DNA of 64,000 nucleotides. It comes from an uncultured bacterium. GTDB taxonomy: Bacteria > Krumholzibacteriota > Krumholzibacteriia > LZORAL124-64-63. How positions within the stretch are numbered: position 1 is the stretch's first letter; every line of letters starts with the position of its first letter. A program made the position numbers and the translations under genes. This document shows, one piece after another, positions 49,104-58,564 of this stretch. The notes beneath the pieces are model-generated. The model worked only from the letters and a program-made list of their open reading frames with translations. It ran no database searches and had not been told where the DNA came from. The stretch is taken from assembly GCA_963727525.1 (NCBI GenBank), contig CAVSGO010000005.1:32001-96000 (forward strand), given 5' to 3'.

Positions 49104-50171
49104 TCAGGATTCCTTCCTCACCGAGCGAAGGTCTTGCCAGAGTCTATCGGCGGAGCGTTGCAAGATGCGCATGAGAGGCGTGGTGTCGGTGGACCCGAAC
49201 CACCGCACGTCGTCGCTGCGGTCGCGATACCGGGTGGCGCTGGCCGCCAGCAATCCGTCCGGAAGATCGATGGTCCGCAGCGTGAACGCGAAGTCGCGCA
49301 CACCCGTCGCATGCACACTGGGCGCGGCATCGTCGAACATGGCACTGCGCACGCCGCTGCCGCGCAGGTCGTCGAATGCGACCAGTTCCGGCCGCACGAG
49401 GGCGGACACGCCGAAATGGTCCTGGAGCTGCTGATACGCCGCGTGCTGCAATCGCTGCGGGTCGAATCCCGCGGCGAGCAGGTCGGACAGCACGAGCGCC
49501 GGATCGATGGGGCGGGCATCATGGCTGGCGAGCGCGGCGCCCAGGACGCAGAACGTCGCGGTCAGCGCCATGTCGGCATCACAACCCACGCCGATGGTCG
49601 GCATCACGAGCACCGATGCGGCACTCGTGGCGGGGGACACCGGGGAAGTGAGCTGAGCCATGACGCCTTGTACCGCCGCGAGCAAGGCCGCGGTCTCCCC
49701 CGCGGGATCCTCGCCGGTCAACCTCTCGGCCACTGGCTGCTCCGCGAGCCAGACCTGATTCACGCGTCCCGAACTCGTCTCGACGCCGCGAACCAGGGCC
49801 ACGACGCGCTGCGCCTCGACGATGACGTGCGCGACCACGAGATCAGCCACACCCACGCTATCGCGCGCAGCGGCGAGGAACGCCGGCGTCAAGAGCATGC
49901 TGCTGCGGATGCGCTCCTGCCGCGCAAGCGCCACGACTGCAGACGTCGGCGCGACATCGTGCCCCAGACGCTGCAATGCCGTCTCGCCGGCTCGCGTCAC
50001 GACGATGCGGAGCTGGCTCACGGTGATGGGCAGGACCGTTTCCGTACGGCCGCTGATGAAGACCAGGAGTCCCGTGCGCGCAGGAGCAGGCGCGGCCCAC
50101 ACCGGCCCGGCCGCCGCCAGCGTGGCGGCGAGCAGTCCGGCTGCGAATCGGTTGCGCGCGACGTCGGACAT
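49104..50171 (-). CDS. Secreted protein with two CsgG/TolB-N/LpoB-like alpha/beta domains
   Basis: Signal peptide; 'GVADLVVAHV...RGVETSSGRV' and 'GVSALVR...FAFTLRTIDLPDGLL'; start overlaps the upstream stop (TGATG). Confidence 0.55.
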   Translation of the reverse strand: MSDVARNRFAAGLLAATLAAAGPVWAAPAPARTGLLVFISGRTETVLPITVSQLRIVVTRAGETALQRLGHDVAPTSAVVALARQERIRSSMLLTPAFLAAARDSVGVADLVVAHVIVEAQRVVALVRGVETSSGRVNQVWLAEQPVAERLTGEDPAGETAALLAAVQGVMAQLTSPVSPATSAASVLVMPTIGVGCDADMALTATFCVLGAALASHDARPIDPALVLSDLLAAGFDPQRLQHAAYQQLQDHFGVSALVRPELVAFDDLRGSGVRSAMFDDAAPSVHATGVRDFAFTLRTIDLPDGLLAASATRYRDRSDDVRWFGSTDTTPLMRILQRSADRLWQDLRSVRKES

Positions 50172-50740
50172 CAGAACAACGTTTCCATGGCATCGTCGAC
50201 GGCCTCGCGTGTCACGTCGTAGAGACTCGCCGAGCCGCCACCGAAGAGCTTGCGCCAGATCGAGGTTCCGTTGCGATGGACCTGGCTCTGCCACACCAGG
50301 GACCCGGTCTGCGTCTCTGCCAATGCCAGCGTCAACGTCACTGCGTTGACGCGGTCGCCGCCGAGCTTCTCCGCCCCATAGTCCTCGACGGATCCGAAAA
50401 CGATGGCGTCGACACCGAGCTCCTTGCCGAGCGCCACGATCTGCTCGGACGAGGGATCCTGATTCGTGTCGAGCTTGAGGCTGCGGATCGCAGCGTAGAC
50501 CTGGCCTTCTTCGATCACACGCAGCGCGCCACGATCGAGCAGGTACGACATGACCACCGAGTAGACACGCGCGTCCGCGAACGGATCCGGTGTGCGATTC
50601 TGGAGGGGGTAGACAGCCGCGCGTTGGATGAAGCTGTAGTCGACATCCTCGCGCACGAAGGATGTCGGCCGAGAGGCGCAGCCTGGAAAGACCGCCCCCA
50701 CGACAAGCAGGATCCCCAGGCCGATTGTGGTTCGCTTCAT
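50171..50740 (-). CDS. Lipoprotein, CsgG / GNA1162 (DUF799) / LpoB-like fold
   Basis: Lipobox FPGC; AVYPLQNRT; LGKELGVDAIVFGSVEDYG; LAETQTGSLVWQS. Confidence 0.75.
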   Translation of the reverse strand: MKRTTIGLGILLVVGAVFPGCASRPTSFVREDVDYSFIQRAAVYPLQNRTPDPFADARVYSVVMSYLLDRGALRVIEEGQVYAAIRSLKLDTNQDPSSEQIVALGKELGVDAIVFGSVEDYGAEKLGGDRVNAVTLTLALAETQTGSLVWQSQVHRNGTSIWRKLFGGGSASLYDVTREAVDDAMETLF

Positions 50741-50795
50741 CGTACCGCCTCCCGTTCGTATTGACGAACGTCCCACGAAATCAGTGATTCCAGAC

Positions 50796-53006
50796 TCAGA
50801 AAGTCCAGGTCCCTCTCACGTTCCAGTTCGTCGGCGTATTACGATCTCCATGCTGCTTGACCAGAGTCCACTCCGCACCACCCTCGAAGCGCAGATGGCG
50901 GCGCGCCTTCCATACGGCGCCCCAGCCCGCGCCACGCTGCACGTAGTCGGTGCGGGTGTCCTGCTGGTCGGTGAGATAGAGTCGCAAATTCATGCTGCCA
51001 CCTGGCAGCGGGGTCCAGCTCAGGGTATTGCGTAGCAACCAGGCGTCTTCGTCGCGCACCTGGTACAGGACCTGACTGTTGAAGAACACGAGCGGCCGGA
51101 TGGACCAGTTGACATCGAGGCTCGTGTCGTTGAACGGCGTGAACCCGGAGCCCGCCTCCTGGTTGACCCAGCGATCGGCGCGACGCAGGTGCAGATCGAG
51201 GTAGGGCCGCGGCGCCCCGCGCACGTCGGACACGAGTACCCAGGAGTGGCTCTGCCCGTCCACGTCCTGCGCATCGCGAATGCCATAGGTGACCTTCTGG
51301 GCGAACGTGAGCCGCGGCTTGGCGTCCCAGGTCACGTCGCCCGTCCAGGAGTTCGTCGTACGGCGCTGGATGTCGCTCTGATCGTTCACGCGCGACCAGG
51401 CGACGCGCGCGCGCAGATCGGCCCGCCGGGCCGTGGCGACGGACACGTGCTGGGCCGTAACGTCCGTATTCTGCCGGGACGCGCTGATCACACGATTGAT
51501 CTGGTGGTCGGCCGACACAACCACGGGACCGGGCCGCCACGAGGCGCCGAACACATGGGCCATGCCGTAGACGTCGCGATCGTCGGTGTCGTAGTGGCGA
51601 CCAGTGAGGCTGGTGCTGTAGCGCACGCCGATGGTGGTCGTCAGGTCGTAGCCGATGTCGCCCTGCACACGATAGCGGTCGAGCGTGGAACGCACGCGCG
51701 TGTCGCCGCTGCCGGGCGCCGGTTCGTACACCTCCATCTCGTTCACGTAGAGGTCGGCCTCGGTGGGGCCGAACTTCTGATCGACGAGCTTGAGGCGACG
51801 ATGCGCGATCGGCGTGGCGAAGGTGAAGACCCAACCTTGACGGTTATCGGCCATCTCGTCCCAGACGACCGACACCTGACCCGCCGACAGCGGGTCGCCC
51901 CACTCACGCCCCTCGGGATCGTCGCTCACGTAGACCGACCAGGCGATCAGATCCGGGAAGCGGACGATGCGGTCGACGTAGAGGACGACCGACGCCATGG
52001 TCTGCGCCTCGCCGAAGTCGACGATGAGGTTGCGGAAGTCGCCGCCATACTGGCGCACGATCGAGGCCGAGTCGCCGATGTTGATCACGGTCGGCGTGTC
52101 GCGATCGCCGTCGGCCAGGGCCGTCACGGCCACGGGATCGAGCTCGAGCGGATCGAGGATCCCGGGCGTATCGTCGAGCGAGTAGCCGCTCCAGATCGGC
52201 GGCACGAGGATCGTGGCCCCGCTGCCGAATGCGGTGTTGGTCTGGCGGAAACGGCTGCCGGTGGCCTGGAGGGAATACCGTCCGCGGTGGTCGGCGAAGG
52301 CCCGCGCGCTACGCAGTTGCACCTCGTGGCTCACGTACTCGGTCTCATGGCCCTGAGTCTTGGCCCGCTGATCGCTGCGTGTGAACTGGTACTGCACGGA
52401 CTCGAACCGCGTGGGGTCGACCTCCACACGGCCCGACTGACGATGTTCGCGATTCTCCCGGCTCGTGCCGTTGGCCTCGCGCCACGATCCGATCTCGAGG
52501 GCGCGCGCCTCCAGTGAGATCTGCGCGAACTCGAGGCGCGACCAACCACCGTACTCCGCGTAGTCGTCCCGGCGGGACGTGCCGTCGGCATACCAGTAGT
52601 CGCGGCGCGAAGCGAGACCCGAGAGTCCGCTCCGCCACGCGCCCGTCTCGTAGTTCAGCAGCAGGCTCGGACTCGCGTACTCCGAATGCGACTTGCTGGT
52701 CGCGCCGTCGAAGCTGCTCTCGAGATGCTGGCGCCTCGCGACGGCACTGCTCAGGAGATCCAGGCCGCGCATGAATACGATACGTTGATCGAGGCGGTAG
52801 GTCTCGGTGAGCGTGGAGTTGTCGTAGGCCGTGAGTCCGGCGCCACCGCTCTGCCACGTATTCCAGAGGTCGGCGCGCCCGTTGAGGGCGAGCGCCGCAG
52901 GCGCGAGACCGGCAACCACGACGACGAGGAACAGGCAAGACGCCTGGACGTGCGCTCTGCTGCCCGCGCAGCACTCGTCGAATCGCGTTGCCGGAAGCAC
53001 TCGCAT
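50796..53006 (-). CDS. Outer-membrane beta-barrel protein with an inserted discoidin-like domain
   Basis: Alternating amphipathic strands throughout; C-terminal WNVRGTWTF (BAM signal); central NLIVDFGEAQ...RRLKLV...VNEMEVY. Start uncertain. Confidence 0.75.
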   Translation of the reverse strand: MRVLPATRFDECCAGSRAHVQASCLFLVVVVAGLAPAALALNGRADLWNTWQSGGAGLTAYDNSTLTETYRLDQRIVFMRGLDLLSSAVARRQHLESSFDGATSKSHSEYASPSLLLNYETGAWRSGLSGLASRRDYWYADGTSRRDDYAEYGGWSRLEFAQISLEARALEIGSWREANGTSRENREHRQSGRVEVDPTRFESVQYQFTRSDQRAKTQGHETEYVSHEVQLRSARAFADHRGRYSLQATGSRFRQTNTAFGSGATILVPPIWSGYSLDDTPGILDPLELDPVAVTALADGDRDTPTVINIGDSASIVRQYGGDFRNLIVDFGEAQTMASVVLYVDRIVRFPDLIAWSVYVSDDPEGREWGDPLSAGQVSVVWDEMADNRQGWVFTFATPIAHRRLKLVDQKFGPTEADLYVNEMEVYEPAPGSGDTRVRSTLDRYRVQGDIGYDLTTTIGVRYSTSLTGRHYDTDDRDVYGMAHVFGASWRPGPVVVSADHQINRVISASRQNTDVTAQHVSVATARRADLRARVAWSRVNDQSDIQRRTTNSWTGDVTWDAKPRLTFAQKVTYGIRDAQDVDGQSHSWVLVSDVRGAPRPYLDLHLRRADRWVNQEAGSGFTPFNDTSLDVNWSIRPLVFFNSQVLYQVRDEDAWLLRNTLSWTPLPGGSMNLRLYLTDQQDTRTDYVQRGAGWGAVWKARRHLRFEGGAEWTLVKQHGDRNTPTNWNVRGTWTF

Positions 53007-53168
53007 CCTCGTGAATCCTGTATCGCCGCGGCGATGCGTCCCCCACAACGCGTGACTTCGCTGCACGGTGCTGTCGAAATGTGGTTAAAAGCGTAACAGT
53101 ATGGCGTCACGGAATCAAATAATTCCTAATTATCAGTCGGATTTCTTGACAGACAACGTTCGGATTTC

Positions 53169-53996
53169 TCAGAAGCCGGCCTGGGCGACCTGCGGCGACG
53201 GCACGCCTGGCGACGCGAATTGATGGCAACCGAGGCAGAGATCCCGCGGTGGGTCGAACGGGATCAGAAGGTCGCGCGTGGTCGCCGTCAGCAAGTGGCA
53301 CGTCTGGCACTCGAGCCGCCCCGCCGGCAACGGTAGGCGGCTGTCGAGATCGGCCCGCAAGCGGCTGCCGGGAATCGTCTGCCCCGCACGCACCGCGATG
53401 CCGAAGGGATGACTCGCGTGCTCGTCGAACCGCGGACCGGTCTCGGCCCCTCGTTCACGCCAGAACGACGCTTTGTTACCGGAATGGCAACCGAGACAAC
53501 CCTCGGACGGGGAGAGCCCGGCGAGCCGCTTCGCGTCCTCGTGATAGAGTCTCGCGGCTTCACGATGCGCATCCGAGACCTGGGCAAGATCGTGCCCCGG
53601 CCCGTGGCATGACCGGCAATGGGCCGCGTCCACGGTGCGCAGACTCGCCAGCGACAGGCTGCCGAGCGGCGTCGCGACGGCATCGGGCGCATGGAAGGCA
53701 TGGCAGCGCACGCAATCGGGAGCATCCGCGCCCCCGCCCCGCACCTGGTGGAACCAGGTCGCGAGCGCACGGGTCGAGGCCGGATGCGCGCCATGGCAAC
53801 TCCGGCACGCCGCCGTCGACGCGTTCCCGCCGGCCGACGCACCGCTGGCGGAACGGAGATGGCAGAGGCGGCAATCCACTCCGGAGTGCGCCGTCGCTTG
53901 GCCCGGATCGGCCGCGCCAGCCGACGCGGCGAGGAGGACCAGGGCTGCGAGGATCACCCCCGCCAACCGGCGATGCTTGATCACGTTGCTCATCAT
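53169..53996 (-). CDS. Heptaheme c-type cytochrome
   Basis: Signal peptide; seven CXXCH (CRLCH, CRSCH, CVRCH, CRSCH, CLGCH, CQTCH, CLGCH); SHPFG..LPLPAGRLECQTCH. Confidence 0.88.
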   Translation of the reverse strand: MMSNVIKHRRLAGVILAALVLLAASAGAADPGQATAHSGVDCRLCHLRSASGASAGGNASTAACRSCHGAHPASTRALATWFHQVRGGGADAPDCVRCHAFHAPDAVATPLGSLSLASLRTVDAAHCRSCHGPGHDLAQVSDAHREAARLYHEDAKRLAGLSPSEGCLGCHSGNKASFWRERGAETGPRFDEHASHPFGIAVRAGQTIPGSRLRADLDSRLPLPAGRLECQTCHLLTATTRDLLIPFDPPRDLCLGCHQFASPGVPSPQVAQAGF

Positions 53997-54040
53997 GAAG
54001 CAACTTTTCGATCAAAAATTCATTTACTTGAGGGAATTCT

Positions 54041-55343
54041 TCAGTGACTGGATTCACTGTCGAGGCGGCGCAAGACCGAGTTCACCGACTCGGCATCGCC
54101 CTCGCGCGCCACGGCCAGGGCGAGGGCGCGCGCCATCGCGAGGTCGTCCTGCTCGCCGCTGGCCCGCCGGAGATTGCCGGCCACGAGGCCGACGACCTTT
54201 CGCATGAGCGACTGGGAGAAACGGTCGAGCTGCTCGTGGTCTTCAGGCTGGAAGCGTCGCTTCTGGCGGGCCACCTCGTCACTGCGCAGCGTCTCGAGCA
54301 CCTGGGCGAGCTGCTCCACCATCGGCGCCACGCGGTGCTCGCGATACCAGGCGACGAACTCCTCGACGTGTTTGTCGATGAGCTTCTCGGCGCGCTCGGC
54401 CTCGTGTTCGCGCGCCTTGAGGTTCGCGGCGACCAGCTCCTGGAAGTCGTCGACGTTGTAGAGATAGAGATCCGGCAGACCACGCACGTCCGGTTCGACG
54501 TCGCGTGGCACGGCGAGATCGAGGATGAGCTGCGGCCGCTTGCGCTTCTTGTTGGCCGGCGCCACCCGCTCGCGGGCGAGCACCGCCTCCGGTGATCCGG
54601 TGGCGCAGACCACGATGTCGGCCCACACGAGATCATCGAAAGCCGGCGGGTACGCGGTGGGGCGACCACCGAGCAGATCGGCGACGACGCGCGCGTTCGA
54701 CTCCGGTACGGTTGGCCACGCGCCAGTTCGCCACGCCGGCGCTCTGCAGATGCTTGGCCGCCAGCCGCGCCGTCTCGCCTGCCCCCACGAGCAGAACGTT
54801 GCGGCCTGCGAGATTGCCGAAGATCCGCTGGGCCATTTGCACCGAGGCGCTGGCCACCGACACGGCGCCCTGACTGATCCCCGTCCGGTGACGTGCGGCC
54901 TTGCCCGCCTCGATGGCGCGCAGCATGGTCTTGTTGAGCACGCTGTTGGTGGTGCCCAGCTCCTGGGCCTGCATGTACGCATTCTTGAGCTGGCCGAGGA
55001 TCTGCACCTCGCCCAGCATCTGGCTGTCGAGTCCCGCGGCGAGGCGCATGACGTGGCGGACCGCCTCGTCGTCGCGCAGGATGTACGCGCTGGCGGCCTC
55101 GGCGGGAGCGAGCCCCGTCAAGTCGCACAGGAGATCGCGCAATTCGTCGGCGTGGCAGTGCTGCAGGGGCGACAGGTAGAGCTCGGTGCGGTTGCACGTG
55201 CTGAGCACGACGGCACCCTCCACGCCCTCCTGCGTGACGAGGCGCTGCACCGCCTCGGCCACTTGCTCCGAACCCATGGCTGCCTTCTCACGCACCTCGA
55301 TGCTGCTGGTGCGGTGGTTCAGCCCGATCAGTTCGAGCCTCAT
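54041..55343 (-). pseudogene. hemA: Glutamyl-tRNA reductase, interrupted by a +1 frameshift near 54705 (real or a sequencing error)
   Basis: N-terminal half IGLNHRT..VREK, LSTCNRTE, GLDSQMLGEVQILGQ, GAGET, ANRT is in one frame. ADIVVCATGS, LDLAVPRDVEP, YNVDD continue in another. The junction reads AAC CGT ACC G GAG TCG. Confidence 0.88.
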
Positions 55344-56167
55344 ACCACCCTCCCGACGAAGATCTCCACGACCGAGACCATCAGCAGCACCACGACCACC
55401 GCCGAGAGCACGAAGCTGATCCAAGCGAGACGCTGCACCGCGAGCCAGCGAAAGCGGTCGGCCAGTACCAGCAGGGTGATGAGCACGGCGAGCAGCAGCA
55501 TGGGATGCAGGTGGCTGATCACGGGGGCATGATCGGCGGCCGGCCGCAGTCGCAACCAGATCATCGCCGACACGAGACTCACGGAGATGAGCAGCCATCC
55601 GGCCACCAGGGTCACGCGGCGCAGACGATCGAGATCGCCGAGCGACGGTAGGCGCTGGAACCACACGTCGAAGTCTCGCTTGCGCAGATGGCCGTGCAGG
55701 ATGATCTGGCCGGCGCCGAAGACGCCGCTGCCCAGGAGCATCGCGATGCCCGCGAGCGAGAGCGTGATGTGCACCGACGCCTGGCCGCCCTTCAGGCCGT
55801 CCGGCACATGGGATGGGGTCGGCCCCGCCGCGAGACCGACCAGCACCAGCATCACGACGCCCGCCAGCGGCAGCAGCGTGAACAGGCGCTGATCCACGCG
55901 CCACTGCGCATACGCCTGGCCGATCCAGACGAGGCCGCCGAGGAAGAGCGCGAGTTGCCCGAAGTTGTAGACCGGCACCTGGCCCTGCCGCAGGGTGAGC
56001 GCCACCATCCAGGCCAGGTAGAGCAGCGCGCCCAGCCAGCCCACCCCTCTGGCAGCCGTTTCGAGGCGCGTATCCGCGCGGCGTACGAGCACGATCCACA
56101 GGCCGATGAGTCCGCTGAAGAACACGAGCAGGAGCAGCGGCACGATGTGGTAGAGCAGACGATCCAT
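55340..56167 (-). CDS. Cytochrome c assembly protein family (CcsA/HemX/YpjD-like)
   Basis: About 8 TM segments; VHITLSLAG...LRKR...FQRLPSLGDLDRL; overlaps the hemA start by ATGA, a common hemX-hemA arrangement. Confidence 0.8.
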   Translation of the reverse strand: MDRLLYHIVPLLLLVFFSGLIGLWIVLVRRADTRLETAARGVGWLGALLYLAWMVALTLRQGQVPVYNFGQLALFLGGLVWIGQAYAQWRVDQRLFTLLPLAGVVMLVLVGLAAGPTPSHVPDGLKGGQASVHITLSLAGIAMLLGSGVFGAGQIILHGHLRKRDFDVWFQRLPSLGDLDRLRRVTLVAGWLLISVSLVSAMIWLRLRPAADHAPVISHLHPMLLLAVLITLLVLADRFRWLAVQRLAWISFVLSAVVVVLLMVSVVEIFVGRVV

Positions 56168-56360
56168 GATGGCGATCCTCCGTACGGGCGACGCCGCCGG
56201 CGCACGCCGCGACGCCCCTGGAATGTAAGACCTAATTCGTGGTCGCGACAGGACGACATCGCCGACGCTGTTTCCGGGGGCGCCATGTGATATGATCGTG
56301 TTCCGTTCGCGTCGAGACCGTAGGACCAAGCCGATCACACCGTTTCAAGAGAGATCCGCC

Positions 56361-58535
56361 ATGACGTACCGTCCCCTCGCGGCCCTCGCGCTGGTCGCGA
56401 TCGCCACCACCACCGTCGCCATGGCGTCGGCAGGGACCAGCCCCTGGCGCGTGAGCGCCCAGGGTCGGGTCGCCCCGGACCTGGCGCGATACCACGACGT
56501 CTCACCGCTGGGCACCACCTCCGTCGACGTCGTCCCACGTCGGGTCGATTTCCACCTGCGCAGCGCCGACGTCACGGTCACCGGCCCCGACGGCATTCCC
56601 CACGTCATGCTCGACCTGGACGGCGCCACGTTCCTGCCGGCCGAGGACGGACTGCTGGTCGCGATCGACCCCTTTCCGGCCCAGGCGCGCATCCGCGTCC
56701 TCGACCTCACAGGCCGGGAACGGCTCGTGCGGCGGGTCCCGTCCCTGTCCGACCCGGCGCTGACGAGCGACGGGCATCACCTGGTCTACCGGCGGCGCGG
56801 CGGGGTGAGCGTGCTCGATCTCGCCCGTGGCACGGTGACCGACCATGCGCCGAGCGTCCTCTTCGCGGCCGGTCCATCCGGGCGATTCGCCGGCGTCGTG
56901 GCGGACGCACCCCGCACGGTCATGATCGACGACGGCGCGACCACGTTCACGCTCGCCGTTGATGTGCGCAAGCTCGCCTGGTCGAGCGACGGCGCGCAGC
57001 TCTGGGTGCTCGATGCCCGCACGCTCTCCCTCTACACACCGGCAGAAGGCAAGGTGGCGCCGGTGCTCGCGTGCCCCGCGGGAGCCGAATTCCGCGACCT
57101 GCGGCTGGGCAGCCGCGAGATGGCGGTGGGGCTGCGGCACATCGACGGCACGATCGCGCACGGCACCCTGATCGTCCTGGACACGGCCGGTCGCGTGCGC
57201 GCGCGGCGCAATGGCCCGAGCGCCGACATCACACCGGCGGCCTTCGGCGAGAACACCCACGAGACCATCCCCTGGCCCCTGCTGCCCAACGCGCAGCACG
57301 CCGTGGGCAACACCTACGGCGAGTACCAGAACTACGGCTCGGCCTACCTGCACCCCGGCTTCGACATCTTCGGTTCGCCCGGCCAGGCCGTGTACGCGGT
57401 GAAGGGCGGCGTGGTGAAGGCCATCCTCACGACGAGCGGCGCGTACCACTGGCGCATCGCGATCGGCGAGCCGGGCAGCGGCACCAGCGAGGGCTATCTC
57501 TATGCGCACGTCGACCAGCCCACCATCGCCGTGAGCGTGGGGCAGACCGTCACTACCGGCCAGTTCCTCGGCAACCTGGTGGAATGGCCCAACGACAACT
57601 TCACTCACTGCCATTTCGGGCGCATACGCGACGCCGGAACCGTCTGGTCGGGCAGCTGGCTCAACACCGACAACCCGCATCTCGACATGGAGAACCAGAA
57701 CGACCAATCCTGGCCGGTCTTCGTGCCGGCGGTGGGCAACGACATGTTCGCCTTCTGCACCAACCAGACGTCGAGTTACCAGAGTCCCGCGGCCCTACAC
57801 GGCGCCATCGACATCATCGCCCACGTGGGCGACACCATCAACTCGAGCTGGGTGTGCGCGGTGCAGTCGATCCGCTACAGCATCTACCCCGCTGGGCATC
57901 CCGAACAGCCGGTGGTGGACGACAAGCTCGCCGTGAACTTCGACATGCTGCTGGATACCTACCAGAACAGCACGATCGACCAGTTCCTCGTGGGACTGCT
58001 CTACAAGCGTGACACGACCTGCTTCACCGAGGGCGACTACGGCGCGCGCGAGTTCTATCACATCATCACGAACTCGAACGGCGACGAGATCTACGACGCG
58101 AGCGATCTGGCCGAGGCCTGGGATACGACGCAGCTCTACGACGGCGACTACGTGGTGGACGTCACCGCGCGCGATGCTTCGGGACGCGCGGCGAGCGCGA
58201 CGATGACGGTGACGACGCAGAACGGCAACTTCCCCACGGGCGTGGGCGAAGACCTCGCACCCTCGCTCACGTTGCGGGGCTTCCCGAACCCGACGCCGGC
58301 CGGCGTGAACCTGCGCTACGCATTGCCGCGAGCGGGCGCCACGACGCTCGCGGTATATGACCTCGGCGGCCGCCTCGTCCGTCATCTCGTGGGGGGCCTG
58401 GCCGTACCGGGTGCGTACGCGACGCGCTGGGACGGGCGCAACGACGCAGGTGTGCCCGTCGCCGGCGGCACGTATCTGCTGAAGCTGACGTCCACCGCGG
58501 GCGTGCGCACGGAGAAGGTGTTGCTGGTCAGGTGA
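56361..58535 (+). CDS. Secreted M23-family peptidase with an N-terminal propeller-like region and a C-terminal FlgD-Ig domain
   Basis: LHPGFDI (HxxxD), VYAVKGGVV, YLYAHV, HCHF (HxH); C-terminal FPNP...VYDLGGRLVRHL...WDGRND. Confidence 0.82.
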   Translation: MTYRPLAALALVAIATTTVAMASAGTSPWRVSAQGRVAPDLARYHDVSPLGTTSVDVVPRRVDFHLRSADVTVTGPDGIPHVMLDLDGATFLPAEDGLLVAIDPFPAQARIRVLDLTGRERLVRRVPSLSDPALTSDGHHLVYRRRGGVSVLDLARGTVTDHAPSVLFAAGPSGRFAGVVADAPRTVMIDDGATTFTLAVDVRKLAWSSDGAQLWVLDARTLSLYTPAEGKVAPVLACPAGAEFRDLRLGSREMAVGLRHIDGTIAHGTLIVLDTAGRVRARRNGPSADITPAAFGENTHETIPWPLLPNAQHAVGNTYGEYQNYGSAYLHPGFDIFGSPGQAVYAVKGGVVKAILTTSGAYHWRIAIGEPGSGTSEGYLYAHVDQPTIAVSVGQTVTTGQFLGNLVEWPNDNFTHCHFGRIRDAGTVWSGSWLNTDNPHLDMENQNDQSWPVFVPAVGNDMFAFCTNQTSSYQSPAALHGAIDIIAHVGDTINSSWVCAVQSIRYSIYPAGHPEQPVVDDKLAVNFDMLLDTYQNSTIDQFLVGLLYKRDTTCFTEGDYGAREFYHIITNSNGDEIYDASDLAEAWDTTQLYDGDYVVDVTARDASGRAASATMTVTTQNGNFPTGVGEDLAPSLTLRGFPNPTPAGVNLRYALPRAGATTLAVYDLGGRLVRHLVGGLAVPGAYATRWDGRNDAGVPVAGGTYLLKLTSTAGVRTEKVLLVR

Positions 58536-58564
58536 TGGCCAGCATGGGCAGGAAAGAACGGCGG

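Noticed and set aside
45710-49174. 1154-aa plus-strand ORF
   Set aside because: Antisense shadow of the multiheme cytochrome and chaperone genes.
54695-54715. Programmed frameshift or phase variation in hemA
   Set aside because: No slippery heptamer, homopolymer tract or short tandem repeat at the junction.
40837-56167. Cytochrome cluster as a mobile island
   Set aside because: No integrase, transposase, tRNA or flanking direct repeats are visible, and coding GC looks similar to the flanks. Only the spacers are AT-rich.
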